The notes beneath the pieces were generated by a model. It did not search any database. It was not told the origin of the DNA and saw nothing but the letters and a program-made list of their open reading frames with translations. The position numbers and the translations under genes are program-made. A DNA stretch of 64,000 nt from Nitrosopumilus sp. (GTDB lineage Archaea > Thermoproteota > Nitrososphaeria > Nitrososphaerales > Nitrosopumilaceae): contig OZ241857.1 of the NCBI GenBank assembly GCA_965203315.1, positions 1,216,001 to 1,280,000 on the forward strand. The letters run 5' to 3'. Below, piece after piece: positions 50,314 through 60,816 of this stretch (the first letter of the stretch is position 1; every line of letters begins with the position of its first letter).

Positions 50314-51261
50314 TATATTGTCATTCCACTTTTGAACAAGAATTGAAAAATATTAATGTGGAACCAAGAGGAAAACTCAAACTATATAGAAAATGGGTGC
50401 AAAAATATAATAAAAAACAAATAGACATGTTTAAAAGATCATCAGCCAAGTACATTGCAAATTCATTATATACAAAAAACAAACTTGAAGAACTGTTTAA
50501 TATTAATTCAATTGTAATTTATCCACCTGTTAAAACAGTACAGTCAAATCTACAAAAAAGAAAAGGTATAATCACTATTGCAAGATTTGCACCAGAAAAG
50601 AATCTTGAATTCAACATCAAAGTATTACAAGATATACAAATACCAATATTACATTATGGTAATGCTGTATCTCCATATCAATATTCATATTTTAAACAAA
50701 TAAAAGAAATGACAACTAGGCATAACCATATTAAATTATTGTTGAACCAACCTAGAAAAAATATAGAATCTAGTTTATCACAAACCAAAGTATATTTCTC
50801 AACCAGTAAAGAAACATTTGGCATTGCTGTTGTGGAAAGTATAATGGCAGGTTGCATCCCAATCGTTCCAGATCATACTGCAAACAAGGAAACGGTGCCA
50901 TTTAAAGAGTTGAGATTCAAAGAAGACGACAAAAAGGATGCGAAAGAAAAACTAGAATTGGCATTGTCAGGAGATTATGGCAAGTACCTACCAGAATTAC
51001 AAGAACATGCCAAACAGTTTACAGAAAAAGAGTTCCACAAAAATATAAATTCATATATATCAAAAATATAACAAACCGAGATAAAATATGTGATTTATCT
51101 AAATAATATTATAAAATACAATAAAGAAACATCTTGATGTTTATGGCACTGTACATTATGCATAATTTGTTTTAAGATGTATATTTAAAAATTAAATATT
51201 CTAAATGATAACTTACCACAAACACGTATGATGGCATAGTTTGATTATTGTATTAGTACAT

Positions 51262-51480
51262 CTATTGATAAAAGTCAGGTTCTTGATCCCGTTTCTGTTT
51301 TGGAAGATCATTCATTATCGCTTGAACTACCTCAGAGTGATTGTATGTCAGATGACGAAGAAACTTTGCAGACTCGTCTGCGCGTGTTTTTTCATCCGCG
51401 AATAACATGGTAGGACTATTCATCTCATTCATTATACTATAGCATTCTTTGCAAGGCTCAAAGTCTAGATATAACTTCAT
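51262..51480 (-). CDS. Conserved small hypothetical protein
   Basis: CKEC...HLTYNH, directly downstream of cdc48. Confidence 0.72.
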   Translation of the reverse strand: MKLYLDFEPCKECYSIMNEMNSPTMLFADEKTRADESAKFLRHLTYNHSEVVQAIMNDLPKQKRDQEPDFYQ

Positions 51481-51482
51481 TG

Positions 51483-53639
51483 TTATTTCATAGTTTTATC
51501 ACTATTTAGAGTAAGTGATGTGTCTGTATTTTGTGGTTTTACTTTAGAGATGGCATCTAGCATATCTTGATGAGTAATCTTGATTTCTTTGAGATCGTCC
51601 GAATTTGTACCTATGTGTCGTTTTAGAGCAAGTATTGCAGCTCGGTTTGCGACTGCAGCAATCTCTGCTCCACTAAATCCGGATGTCAACTTGGAGAGTG
51701 TTTCAATATCAACATTCTCTGCTAGTGGTTTCTTTTTTGTGTGAATCTCAAATATGTGACGGCGACCTTGTGCATCAGGATTCGGAACGTTAATGATTCG
51801 ATCAAATCTACCTGGACGGAGTACTGCCTCATCAATTAAATCGAGTCGATTAGTAGCCCCGATTATCAGGACATTACGGAGTTCTTCTAAACCATCTATC
51901 TCGGTTAGTATCTGTGATACAACATTCTCAGATACATGAGATGAATCTCCAGATGATCGTCTAGGAATTAGGGCATCAACCTCATCTAGAAACACGATGC
52001 ATGGTGCAGCTTGACGTGCCTTTCTAAATATAGCTCGCACTCCCTTCTCAGACTCGCCTACCCATTTTGATAAGAGTTCAGGACCCTTTACGCTGATAAA
52101 GTTAGAGTCAGTCATATTTGCGACAGCCTTTGCGATAAGAGTCTTGCCTGTACCAGGTGGGCCATACAATAGAATGCCTTTTGGAGATGTAACATCAACA
52201 TACTCAAACGCAGTTCTGTGTCTGATAGGCCATTCGATCGCTTCATGTAACTCTTCTTTGAGATCCTCTAAACCGCCGACATCGTCCCAAGTGACATCGG
52301 GCGTCTGTACTTGTACTTCACGTAGTGCACTTGGTCTGATCTCGTTTAACGCAACTTCAAAATCATCGGTAGTAATCTTGATCTTTGCCAATATATCAGC
52401 AGAGATCTCTGTCTCATCTAGATCGATCTCTGGAAGAACACGACGTAATGAACGCATGGCTGCCTCTTTTGCAAGGATCTCTAGATCGGCACCTACAAAA
52501 CCGTGTGTTCTTTTGGATATGACATCTAGATCGACTGTGTCATCGAGTGGCATGCCTTTAGTATGAATTGCAAGGATATCTAATCTGCCGGTTTGGTCTG
52601 GGATACCTATCTCGATCTCGCGATCAAATCGTCCCGGTCTCCGTAGTGCGGGATCTATAGAGTCTGGTCTATTTGTCGCAGCTATGACGACGACTTTTCC
52701 ACGAGATTTAATTCCATCCATCAGTGTCAACAGCTGTGAGACTATTCTCTTCTCTACTTCTCCCGATATCTCGTCTCGTTTCGGTGCAATCGAGTCAATC
52801 TCGTCGATAAAGACTATACTTGGTGCATTAGTCTCAGCCTGAGTGAATATCTCACGTATGCGCTCTTCACTCTCACCATAATACTTGCCCATAATCTCCG
52901 GTCCTGATAGTGAGATAAAATGAGCGTTGGTCTCGCCGGCTACTGCCTTTGCAAGTAAGGTCTTACCTGTACCAGGTGGACCATACAACAAGACACCTTT
53001 TGGTGCTTCAACTCCAATCTTCTCAAAGAGTTCTGGGTGTCGCATCGGTAATTCGATCATCTCTCTGATCTTCTGAACCTCGTTCTTTAGACCGCCCAGT
53101 TCGTCATATGTAACACGAGGTATAGAAGCATCCACTGCTTTGGTCATCTGACCTAGTTTGAATTCAGTATCCTCTGTAACGATTACTGGTTTGGTAGGAT
53201 TTGTACTAGTTACAACAAATTGTACACGTCCTCCCATCTGCGTACTCAGAGAGACAGAGTCGCCGGTAGTAAAGACATGATTCATGTAGTTTAGATGCAT
53301 GTATGTTTGTAGACCTTCAGCTACAATCTTTTCAGTTGGTGATAGTGTAATACTTTTAGCTGGTACCACTTCAACCGTCTTTATCGATACTTTGTCGCCA
53401 ATACCACCGCCTATATTCTGTCGTGTAATGCCGTCAATCCTAATCACACCAGAACCATACTCTTCGGTGGGAGCAGGCCATAGTTTTACGTGCGTCTTTT
53501 TGTTGTGTGTGATCTCTAGTATCTGGCCTGTACTCCATCCATGTTCTTCTATGATCTTTGGATCAACTATTCCTCTACCCATCCCAACATGTTGTCGTGG
53601 AATCTCATCAATCTTTAAAATAATATCACTCATTATCAT
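51483..53639 (-). CDS. cdc48: CDC48/VCP-family AAA ATPase
   Basis: N-domain plus two AAA modules (GPPGTGKT twice, RPGRFDR twice). Confidence 0.96.
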   Translation of the reverse strand: MIMSDIILKIDEIPRQHVGMGRGIVDPKIIEEHGWSTGQILEITHNKKTHVKLWPAPTEEYGSGVIRIDGITRQNIGGGIGDKVSIKTVEVVPAKSITLSPTEKIVAEGLQTYMHLNYMNHVFTTGDSVSLSTQMGGRVQFVVTSTNPTKPVIVTEDTEFKLGQMTKAVDASIPRVTYDELGGLKNEVQKIREMIELPMRHPELFEKIGVEAPKGVLLYGPPGTGKTLLAKAVAGETNAHFISLSGPEIMGKYYGESEERIREIFTQAETNAPSIVFIDEIDSIAPKRDEISGEVEKRIVSQLLTLMDGIKSRGKVVVIAATNRPDSIDPALRRPGRFDREIEIGIPDQTGRLDILAIHTKGMPLDDTVDLDVISKRTHGFVGADLEILAKEAAMRSLRRVLPEIDLDETEISADILAKIKITTDDFEVALNEIRPSALREVQVQTPDVTWDDVGGLEDLKEELHEAIEWPIRHRTAFEYVDVTSPKGILLYGPPGTGKTLIAKAVANMTDSNFISVKGPELLSKWVGESEKGVRAIFRKARQAAPCIVFLDEVDALIPRRSSGDSSHVSENVVSQILTEIDGLEELRNVLIIGATNRLDLIDEAVLRPGRFDRIINVPNPDAQGRRHIFEIHTKKKPLAENVDIETLSKLTSGFSGAEIAAVANRAAILALKRHIGTNSDDLKEIKITHQDMLDAISKVKPQNTDTSLTLNSDKTMK

Positions 53640-53665
53640 TTCACCATAAACAAAAAAAGTAGAGG

Positions 53666-54142
53666 TTAGTTTACCTCCACCACTCTACCAGTAGGTCGCT
53701 CTTTAGTCAAGTTGAAGACAATCTCCAAGATACCGTTCTTGTAAGTTGCCTTTGCCGACTTTTCATCGACCTCTTTTGTGAGAGAAACTTTTGTTTGATA
53801 CTTTTTGCCGTCACGCTCTGCTGTAATCTTGACAGTCTGATTCTCGACTGTAATCTTGACATCGCTCTTCTCAACGCCTGGTATCTCAGCGACGAGTTTG
53901 AGGAGTCCTGCTTTGTCATCAACTATTCTGTCGACTAGTGGCTCCCGTGTATCAGACTCCAAAGACGTCCCTGGTCTGACATTACCATACTCTTTGATGA
54001 CAGGTCGTCCGTCTGGACCAATCGTCATTGTGTATCCGTAATAGTAGGGCATGGCACTGGTAAAGTCTCTCTCTAGTCCCTCATTGTCAAAGAATGATCT
54101 GGACATTCTTTTGAAGAACCGTTCTATCTCGTTGTCGAACAT
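53666..54142 (-). CDS. hsp20: Archaeal heat-shock protein Hsp20
   Basis: [39 protein letters not shown]. Confidence 0.93.
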   Translation of the reverse strand: MFDNEIERFFKRMSRSFFDNEGLERDFTSAMPYYYGYTMTIGPDGRPVIKEYGNVRPGTSLESDTREPLVDRIVDDKAGLLKLVAEIPGVEKSDVKITVENQTVKITAERDGKKYQTKVSLTKEVDEKSAKATYKNGILEIVFNLTKERPTGRVVEVN

Positions 54143-54160
54143 GTCATATTCACCTATCTA

Positions 54161-54178
54161 ATGTAATGTATATTACAT
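54161..54178. promoter_or_regulatory. Palindromic candidate operator of hsp20-cdc48
   Basis: ATGTAAT-N4-ATTACAT just downstream of the minus-strand TATA box (CTTTATAT). Confidence 0.45.
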
Positions 54179-54255
54179 AATATAAAGCTTAATGATATAT
54201 TCTATATTTATTACAAAAATGCTAGTATATATAATAAATTTTAACACAATGTAAT

Positions 54256-54909
54256 ATGAGACCAAGTATGTCGATCCCAGAGGTTGTAAGGGAGATGGTA
54301 ACTAGACATCGTTCTATCCATGACTGCATGAAGATGGATCTGATAAATTATACTGCGCTAGCTGTAAAACTTCAACCCGAGATCGAGAGGATCTTGGATC
54401 ATCCTGTGAATCTCAATACGGTCGTGGTTGCAATAAAGCGATATGCCGACTCTTTTGAGGACGAGGATGAGATTAAAGAAGACTCGATCTTGAAGAATGC
54501 TCGGCTAGTTCTAACCGATGGAATAATGGATGTAAAGTTCTCGAACAAGGATGACATAGACGCTGGAACAATTTTAGATAGATTTTCAAAGATTACAGAC
54601 AACTATGAATTCTTTAGACTGTCCGACTCGATCAGATTTTTGACCGAAGACATTGATGATGTCAGAGAGATCTTTAACGATGTTGTAAAACATAGTGACA
54701 TGTTTAATACCGGACTTGCAAAGATTCGTATCTCGATTCCCCATGCTAGACAATCTGATGTAGTCTCTTATGTAGCAGGAATTCTTCACACAAATGGGAT
54801 CGAGATAGCAAATGCGTTCTTCGCACAAGACAGTATAATCGTTGTATTGTACGACAGAGATGCAGCAAGAGCATATGATATACTTCGCTCAGATATTGTA
54901 CGAAGTTAG
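54256..54909 (+). CDS. HTH plus ACT-domain protein
   Basis: DLINYTALA...VVVAIKRYA N-terminus and an ACT-like C-terminus. Confidence 0.75.
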   Translation: MRPSMSIPEVVREMVTRHRSIHDCMKMDLINYTALAVKLQPEIERILDHPVNLNTVVVAIKRYADSFEDEDEIKEDSILKNARLVLTDGIMDVKFSNKDDIDAGTILDRFSKITDNYEFFRLSDSIRFLTEDIDDVREIFNDVVKHSDMFNTGLAKIRISIPHARQSDVVSYVAGILHTNGIEIANAFFAQDSIIVVLYDRDAARAYDILRSDIVRS

Positions 54910-54982
54910 TGAATTTCAGTTTGGATGTAGTTTAGAATATTAAATATTCTTATAGTATGCGTCTTGTTTAAAAACGAAAAGA

Positions 54983-56317
54983 TTGGCAAAACGTAAAAAG
55001 ATCTTAATTCTAGGTGGAGGGTTTGCTGGAGTTAAATGCACTCAAATTTTAGAGGACGAGTTTGGAAATGATCCCAACGTCGAGATAACGATGGTGAGTG
55101 AAGATAACTTTTGGTTGTTCACACCAATGTTACCTCAAGTTGCATCTGGTATGATCTCAACCAGACATATCATTATGCCAATTAGAACTATATGTAAAAA
55201 GATAACATTCTATGAAGGTAGAATCAAGAATATCGATCCCTACGGAAAGATTGTAACTTTGTGGGGGACCGGGTATAAACGAAGCATGTCACTCGAGTAT
55301 GACTTTCTTGTAATTGCTTTAGGTAGTGAGACTAACTTTTTCGGAATGTCTGATGTTGAAAAGAATGCACATACGATGAAGACATTGAACGATGCAGTAG
55401 TTTTGCGTAACCATGTAATAGATATGTTGGAACAAGCTGACAATATGGTTAATCCGATCCTTCGTAAGAGTCTCCTAAACTTTACAATAGTTGGCGGGGG
55501 ATTTGCAGGGATAGAGACAGCTGGCGAGTTGATGGATCTATTACTAGATGCACGAAAGTACTATTCTACGATTCGTAAAGAAGAGATAAAGGTTGTCGTG
55601 ATTGAGGCAGGCGATATAATTCTTCGCGGTTTTGATAAAGAGCTGTCCAATTTTGCACAAGAAAAGATGATAGAGCACGGAATAGATGTCAAATTGAATA
55701 CAGCTGTGAATAGTTTCGATGGAAGTGAGATCATAACAAAGGAACGAGGTAAAGAAGAGATCAAACATGTAATAAATTCAAAGACTATGATCTGGACTGC
55801 TGGTGTAACACCAGTGAATACGATCAAGAGATCGTTGTTCAAGACGGATCATGGAAAGTTGGTTGTAAATGAGCACCTCGAGTTGCCAGACTTTCCAGGC
55901 GTCTTTGCGATAGGAGACTGTTCACAGTTTGTTGATCCTGTTACAGCAAGACCGCTTCCTCCTACTGCGCAAGTTGCCGAGTCGGAGGGAAAGACTGTCG
56001 CGAAGAATTTGATCGCGACAATCAAGGGTACTGAGAGACATAAATTCGAGTACACATCTAGAGGACAGATGGCCATAATTGGCAAGCGTACAGGGATTGC
56101 AAAGTTTCTGGGGATACGCCTCTCTGGATTTCTAGCGTGGTGGGTTTGGCGAAATGTCTATCTTAACAAGATTCCAACTTTTGATAAGAAGGTCAGAGTT
56201 GTTATTGACTGGACTATAGATCTGCTCTTCACTAGAGATATCTCGAGACTCAAGATAATAAAGCGCGATCAGGAGAAAGAGTACAAGGTTCTTGACGAGG
56301 TCGATGATCTTTGGTGA
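54983..56317 (+). CDS. ndh: Type II NADH dehydrogenase-like FAD oxidoreductase
   Basis: LGGGFAG, FTPMLP, VGGGFAGIETAGE, WTAG, FAIGD, PPTAQVA. Confidence 0.85.
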   Translation: MAKRKKILILGGGFAGVKCTQILEDEFGNDPNVEITMVSEDNFWLFTPMLPQVASGMISTRHIIMPIRTICKKITFYEGRIKNIDPYGKIVTLWGTGYKRSMSLEYDFLVIALGSETNFFGMSDVEKNAHTMKTLNDAVVLRNHVIDMLEQADNMVNPILRKSLLNFTIVGGGFAGIETAGELMDLLLDARKYYSTIRKEEIKVVVIEAGDIILRGFDKELSNFAQEKMIEHGIDVKLNTAVNSFDGSEIITKERGKEEIKHVINSKTMIWTAGVTPVNTIKRSLFKTDHGKLVVNEHLELPDFPGVFAIGDCSQFVDPVTARPLPPTAQVAESEGKTVAKNLIATIKGTERHKFEYTSRGQMAIIGKRTGIAKFLGIRLSGFLAWWVWRNVYLNKIPTFDKKVRVVIDWTIDLLFTRDISRLKIIKRDQEKEYKVLDEVDDLW

Positions 56318-57836
56318 TACCGTATACCTTGTAGATTATAACAGCTGGTATGCCAATGTACATTCCCATATTCAAGAGTATTACTCCAATTCCATACCCA
56401 AGAACTTTGGATTCCGAGTCGGCGTGTTCCATTATATGTAGAGTTGAGAGTAGTGGGGCAATGTATGCTCTAGTTAGTTCTCTAAGTATAGGACTCGTAC
56501 GTTCTAGATCAGCGACTGTAGGTGAAAAGAGATAGTACACCTGATTAAATCCGCTCATGAATGCTGCGCCAGAGTTGGTAGCCAAGAGTGTGCCATCGCG
56601 AATCTCACGTAGTCTCTGTACTTGAGGAGCGAGTTCTGAGCCAAACACTGCAGTTGCTACAAGGCAACCACCACCGTCTGTCGATGTTGTTGTTTCTACT
56701 GGATCATCAACTAATAACGCAAAAGACTCGATGGTCTCTGTAAATCTTGATTCGTTGAAATCATAGTCGTCGATCACATTTGCATATGTTATTGTGTATA
56801 CTCTTTCGGCAGTATGGATAGTTACCTCTCCAAACTTTATGTTGGTAGACTGTTCATTGAGTACTGAACTACTCTCTGCCGTAATCTGATATGCGTCATA
56901 TCCATTGATAGTTGTACTCTCTCTTGAGAGGATCGTTAGTATGTTAGAGTCTATAGCTTGTTGGAGTTCTGCCTCTTTTTCAGATACGATATCGTCTAGA
57001 GTTCGTTGATCTGTAGATTCTACGGTAAGTGATATTAGTGGAGGTATGATTCCGGTTTGAGGCCCTACTGCTATAACGTCTGGTTCGTTAGGATTTGTTT
57101 TATTGTGTGATTGTAATAACCATCCAGCAGGCATCACCAACGATATGTTGTGTTCTTCACTCTCATACTTTTGACTAGTGGTAGAATCCATAATTGTAGA
57201 TTCGATTCGTTCTGGTTCATCTAGATCGAGTAGGTCAGATGTATCTGCGCGACTCACTACATCTGCAGACATTATTCTAACCGACTCTGGATCTTGTGGT
57301 CTGTCTTGTAGTTCAGTCTCTACTCTTGCAATTGCATCCAAAGTGTCAAAACTCTCTTGTGTTACGATTCTACCAAAGACTGTATACTGTCCATCTAGAA
57401 AGTTTGAGTCTTGATGAACTATAAAGAATTGTGAGCCAGCACTGTTGGGATCTTGTGCTCTAGCCATAGAGACTATTCCTCGATTATGTTTGATATCGTT
57501 AAACTCTGCAACAAGAGGTGTGGGAGGTCCACCTTGTCCCCAAGTTTCAGGACTGCCTGAGACGGTGTTGGGATCACCACCTTGTATCATAAACCCAGGA
57601 ATAATTCTATGGAATAGTGTTCCATCATAGAAACCAGATTCGGCGAGTTCGATAAAGTTGTTAGTATGATTTGGTGCATCGTCTGGAAATAACTCGATTG
57701 TGATATCACCAAGACTCGTTTTGAGAACAACCAGCATCTCAGACTGTGCCATCGCAGATGGGGTTACGCTAGACACCACAAGAATGGTTAAGATCAATAT
57801 GAGATACGAGTACATACCATCACAAAAACATGGCAT
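56250..57836 (-). CDS. Surface cyclophilin-type PPIase with PsbP-like domain and CFI-box-CTERM sorting domain (start probably 57815)
   Basis: FHRIIPGFMIQGGDP, SAGSQFFI, GGGCLVATAVFGSELAPQVQRLREIRD. Confidence 0.92.
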   Translation of the reverse strand: MPCFCDGMYSYLILILTILVVSSVTPSAMAQSEMLVVLKTSLGDITIELFPDDAPNHTNNFIELAESGFYDGTLFHRIIPGFMIQGGDPNTVSGSPETWGQGGPPTPLVAEFNDIKHNRGIVSMARAQDPNSAGSQFFIVHQDSNFLDGQYTVFGRIVTQESFDTLDAIARVETELQDRPQDPESVRIMSADVVSRADTSDLLDLDEPERIESTIMDSTTSQKYESEEHNISLVMPAGWLLQSHNKTNPNEPDVIAVGPQTGIIPPLISLTVESTDQRTLDDIVSEKEAELQQAIDSNILTILSRESTTINGYDAYQITAESSSVLNEQSTNIKFGEVTIHTAERVYTITYANVIDDYDFNESRFTETIESFALLVDDPVETTTSTDGGGCLVATAVFGSELAPQVQRLREIRDGTLLATNSGAAFMSGFNQVYYLFSPTVADLERTSPILRELTRAYIAPLLSTLHIMEHADSESKVLGYGIGVILLNMGMYIGIPAVIIYKVYGITKDHRPRQEPCTLSPDRALLS

Positions 57837-57890
57837 ACTTAAAAGCTATTTGTTGTTGGTTTTAATTAAAGTTGAGTAGAGGCTACATAC

Positions 57891-58382
57891 ATGGATCCTG
57901 ACGAGAAGATTCAGGCACATATAGTATCTATATGGCGAGAGTCAAAAAAGATGTTCTCAATCGGTGGTAGAGAGGGAATGTTGATTCTAACAGATAGACA
58001 TCTAATGTTTGTACATAAAACCGAAGCTAAAATGAATTGGTGGCGGGCCATTACACAGCGACAGACTGTAAACTTTATTCGATCTAGAGATACGATGATC
58101 ATTCATGATGGTTATACTGAAGAGGATTTGAGGGTTGATTTAGAGAATCCAAAGAATGTCGAGTTGGCGTTTGATGATATTACCAAGATAAGTTTTGAAG
58201 AGAAGGTTTGGGGCAGTGTATTATATTTAGAGTATCAGAAAGATGACAAATATGAAAAGTTCCAGTATGCAGTAGCTCAAGACTGGGTCAAATATCCAGC
58301 CAAAGAGCCTACCAAATACATGAAGGTTGATTGGCAACCATTTGTGCAATATATTAAAGAACGACAGCGATTTACCAATTGA
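57891..58382 (+). CDS. Conserved PH-like hypothetical protein
   Basis: GREGMLILTDRHLMF. Confidence 0.72.
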   Translation: MDPDEKIQAHIVSIWRESKKMFSIGGREGMLILTDRHLMFVHKTEAKMNWWRAITQRQTVNFIRSRDTMIIHDGYTEEDLRVDLENPKNVELAFDDITKISFEEKVWGSVLYLEYQKDDKYEKFQYAVAQDWVKYPAKEPTKYMKVDWQPFVQYIKERQRFTN

Positions 58383-59101
58383 GATTGGGTAAAGTTTATG
58401 CAGTCGGTGTGGGACCGGGCTCGCCAAAGTATGTAACAGAGATCGTATCTGATATCATCAAGAGATGTGATATCATTATAGGATATAGACATGCTTTACA
58501 TACAGTAAGAGATATCCTTGTAGGAAAAGAGACGTATTCGGTCACTATGGCAGATCAAGAAGAGATATATCAAAAAGTTCTGAAGAGTCTTGGAGGACGG
58601 AGCCTAGTTGTGTTGTTTACTGGCGACGTCAACTTTTCAGAGTCAGAGGTGGTAGACAGACTCATCGAGTTGTTTGGTGATATAGAGATAGTTCCAGGTA
58701 TCAGTTCGATCCAAGTTGCAGCTGCTAAAGCCAGAGTTCCGTTAGACAAGTCACGTGTAATCACGATGCATGTTACAACACCAATCGAAGATAAAAAGAT
58801 AGAATTGCAACAAGCATTACGTAATGGTCAGAGTGTGGTACTAGTTCCGCGACCATGGCCAAAACGACCAGATAAGCATTTTATGCCGTCAGAGATTGCT
58901 GCATACTTGAGAGAATGTGGATTTGATACCGGATCATTAAGAGTTCATGTTTATGAATCGCTTACAACAGATGATGAGACGAATTTCGTTGGGCATGTTA
59001 GAGATCTTGAGGGACGAGAGTTCTCTGATCTGTCAGTCATAGTATTCAATCAGACCAAGCTTGATTCGTACATGAATTACAAGTGGCAGTGGCAGAACTA
59101 A
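58379..59101 (+). CDS. cbiE: Precorrin-6Y/cobalt-precorrin-7 C5-methyltransferase
   Basis: VGVGPGS, TGD, VPGISSIQVAAA, VYESLT...E...FSDLSV. Confidence 0.85.
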   Translation: MRLGKVYAVGVGPGSPKYVTEIVSDIIKRCDIIIGYRHALHTVRDILVGKETYSVTMADQEEIYQKVLKSLGGRSLVVLFTGDVNFSESEVVDRLIELFGDIEIVPGISSIQVAAAKARVPLDKSRVITMHVTTPIEDKKIELQQALRNGQSVVLVPRPWPKRPDKHFMPSEIAAYLRECGFDTGSLRVHVYESLTTDDETNFVGHVRDLEGREFSDLSVIVFNQTKLDSYMNYKWQWQN

Positions 59102-59631
59102 ACATCAGAGATCTCTAATAGACTATCTGGGATCGATTCAATCATGAAAAACTCGATATAACCACCAGCTAGTAGTAGAATCGCTACAATTCCGATCTCG
59201 ATCATTGTGGGTTTGATCATACTCGATAACTTGGATTTTTTGATTATATTCCAGATTAAGATAAAACTCCTAGACGTTCCGAGCGAGTACGCAGACAACT
59301 CCATAATTCCAAAGGGAGTTAGAAAGAGGACTGCTGTTGGGTGAATATCAATTGCATGTAAAGACGAGATTGCAGCAAACGCAAATCCGGTTGCCCATGC
59401 AGAAAAATGACCCCAGATCATACCAAATCCTGGAATAAACATCGGTAATGCGATCGTAAGATTGTGTGTGAATATTCCAAATGCGTCGATATCTTCAACA
59501 AGTTCTTCAAACTCTTTCATAAATGATGTTGCCTCTTCTTCACTAACAGTCGACATAGAGCCTATCTGGTACGTGATAACAAATGATGCCATAAATATAA
59601 AAAAGAACACAACTCTATTCTTGTCCAACAA
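59098..59631 (-). CDS. SpoIIM-family (DUF95) membrane protein
   Basis: IFTHNL...PFGIMELSAY...LLAGGYIE. Confidence 0.8.
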   Translation of the reverse strand: MLDKNRVVFFFIFMASFVITYQIGSMSTVSEEEATSFMKEFEELVEDIDAFGIFTHNLTIALPMFIPGFGMIWGHFSAWATGFAFAAISSLHAIDIHPTAVLFLTPFGIMELSAYSLGTSRSFILIWNIIKKSKLSSMIKPTMIEIGIVAILLLAGGYIEFFMIESIPDSLLEISDV

Positions 59632-59683
59632 GAGAACGATATTTTGATTGATATTTGAGGGTTGAGTGTTAGTAGAACTGAGA

Positions 59684-59962
59684 CTAGAGTTCTAATCCAA
59701 ATGATTCTGCTAGATTTGCAAATTTTGCATAAGACTCTAGGTACTGTCTGCCTTTTGGAGTTATAACAAATGTGTTCTTGCCATCATACTCGATCTTGTT
59801 TATCAGCCCAGCGCCTGTAAGGTTAGTTAGAAATCGTGAGAGTCGGGTATGGGATAGATTGGATTTAGCCATCAGAGAGCTGATCTTGATGCCTTGTTGA
59901 CCAGAGTCTTGTGCCGCAAGCAATAGATCAGATACTATCTGAGTTGTGTTGCGATTTCCCAT
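59684..59962 (-). CDS. Winged-helix transcriptional regulator (HTH_45-like)
   Basis: RNTTQIVSDLL...KSNLSH...FVITPKGRQYL. Confidence 0.85.
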   Translation of the reverse strand: MGNRNTTQIVSDLLLAAQDSGQQGIKISSLMAKSNLSHTRLSRFLTNLTGAGLINKIEYDGKNTFVITPKGRQYLESYAKFANLAESFGLEL

Positions 59963-60195
59963 ATACTAGCATCAATGTTCCACTATAAAAATTGTTGGAG
60001 TGAGGTTCTCAGGGGTTGGTAGTTTTCACACAAAACATCCAAAAATTTTACAAGATGAATAGTCATGTGTTGTCTATTACACATGATTGCTACAACCGAG
60101 TTGTGTAATATCCGTCTCTTGAAATAGTGTCATCTCGATCTCAACAGGATCCGTACATCAATGATTTTGACTGTAATGTGTGAGAGTCATTCCGG

Positions 60196-60816
60196 TTACC
60201 ATGGCAAACTACACTTTATAGGCTCAACATCGTCTACAACCGGAACAAGATAGCCTCGCTCCAACAGTTCTAGCACTGATGACAAGTACACTCGTACTTG
60301 TTCGCCCCTAATATTTTCGTATGTGTCTAGGGTGTCGGGATAGTCTTCAATGGTATGTGGTAAACAATGATCGGGCGTCGGGTGATTTACAATATGGTGT
60401 GGCTGTGTTGGAGGAGCTGCACCTGCTAATAATTCTACAACTGTGGAATTTTCTATATTAATTGTATATGTGCAAAAACACTTACTCTCTTCATACATAT
60501 CAGAGTCAATCTGTTGTTCGGCAGAATCCATAAGGAGAAACCAAGCATAAGATGAATCTGTTGGGAAAAATCTGGGAATTTTAATCTGTATTTCATTTGT
60601 ATATTGTGTTGTATTGAGCACTAAATTAGGATAGAATAATGGAGGATGATAATTCACGAATACATGTTCAACGTCTCCAGAGTAGTAAAAGAGATATTTG
60701 GTCTTGTTGTCTATCGGAGAATTTACACTAATAGTTTGCCAATCAGTATCAGCATGCGATACTGAGATTAGAGGAATAGATATCACGAATAGAATGATTA
60801 AAAATGTGACCGTCAA
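60196..60816 (-). CDS. Secreted hypothetical protein
   Basis: Signal peptide, ATGA overlap with the S1 protease stop codon. Confidence 0.72.
   Translation of the reverse strand: MTVTFLIILFVISIPLISVSHADTDWQTISVNSPIDNKTKYLFYYSGDVEHVFVNYHPPLFYPNLVLNTTQYTNEIQIKIPRFFPTDSSYAWFLLMDSAEQQIDSDMYEESKCFCTYTINIENSTVVELLAGAAPPTQPHHIVNHPTPDHCLPHTIEDYPDTLDTYENIRGEQVRVYLSSVLELLERGYLVPVVDDVEPIKCSLPW

Larger units (their letters stand above)
48481..51071 (+). pseudogene. GT4-family (ALG11-like) glycosyltransferase interrupted by IS630
   Basis: NIGVVHP...GGSEQ N-terminus and ARFAPEKN...ETFGIAVVESIMAGCIP C-terminus. Removing 48781-50315 restores the frame (TIL|YCH). Confidence 0.9.
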
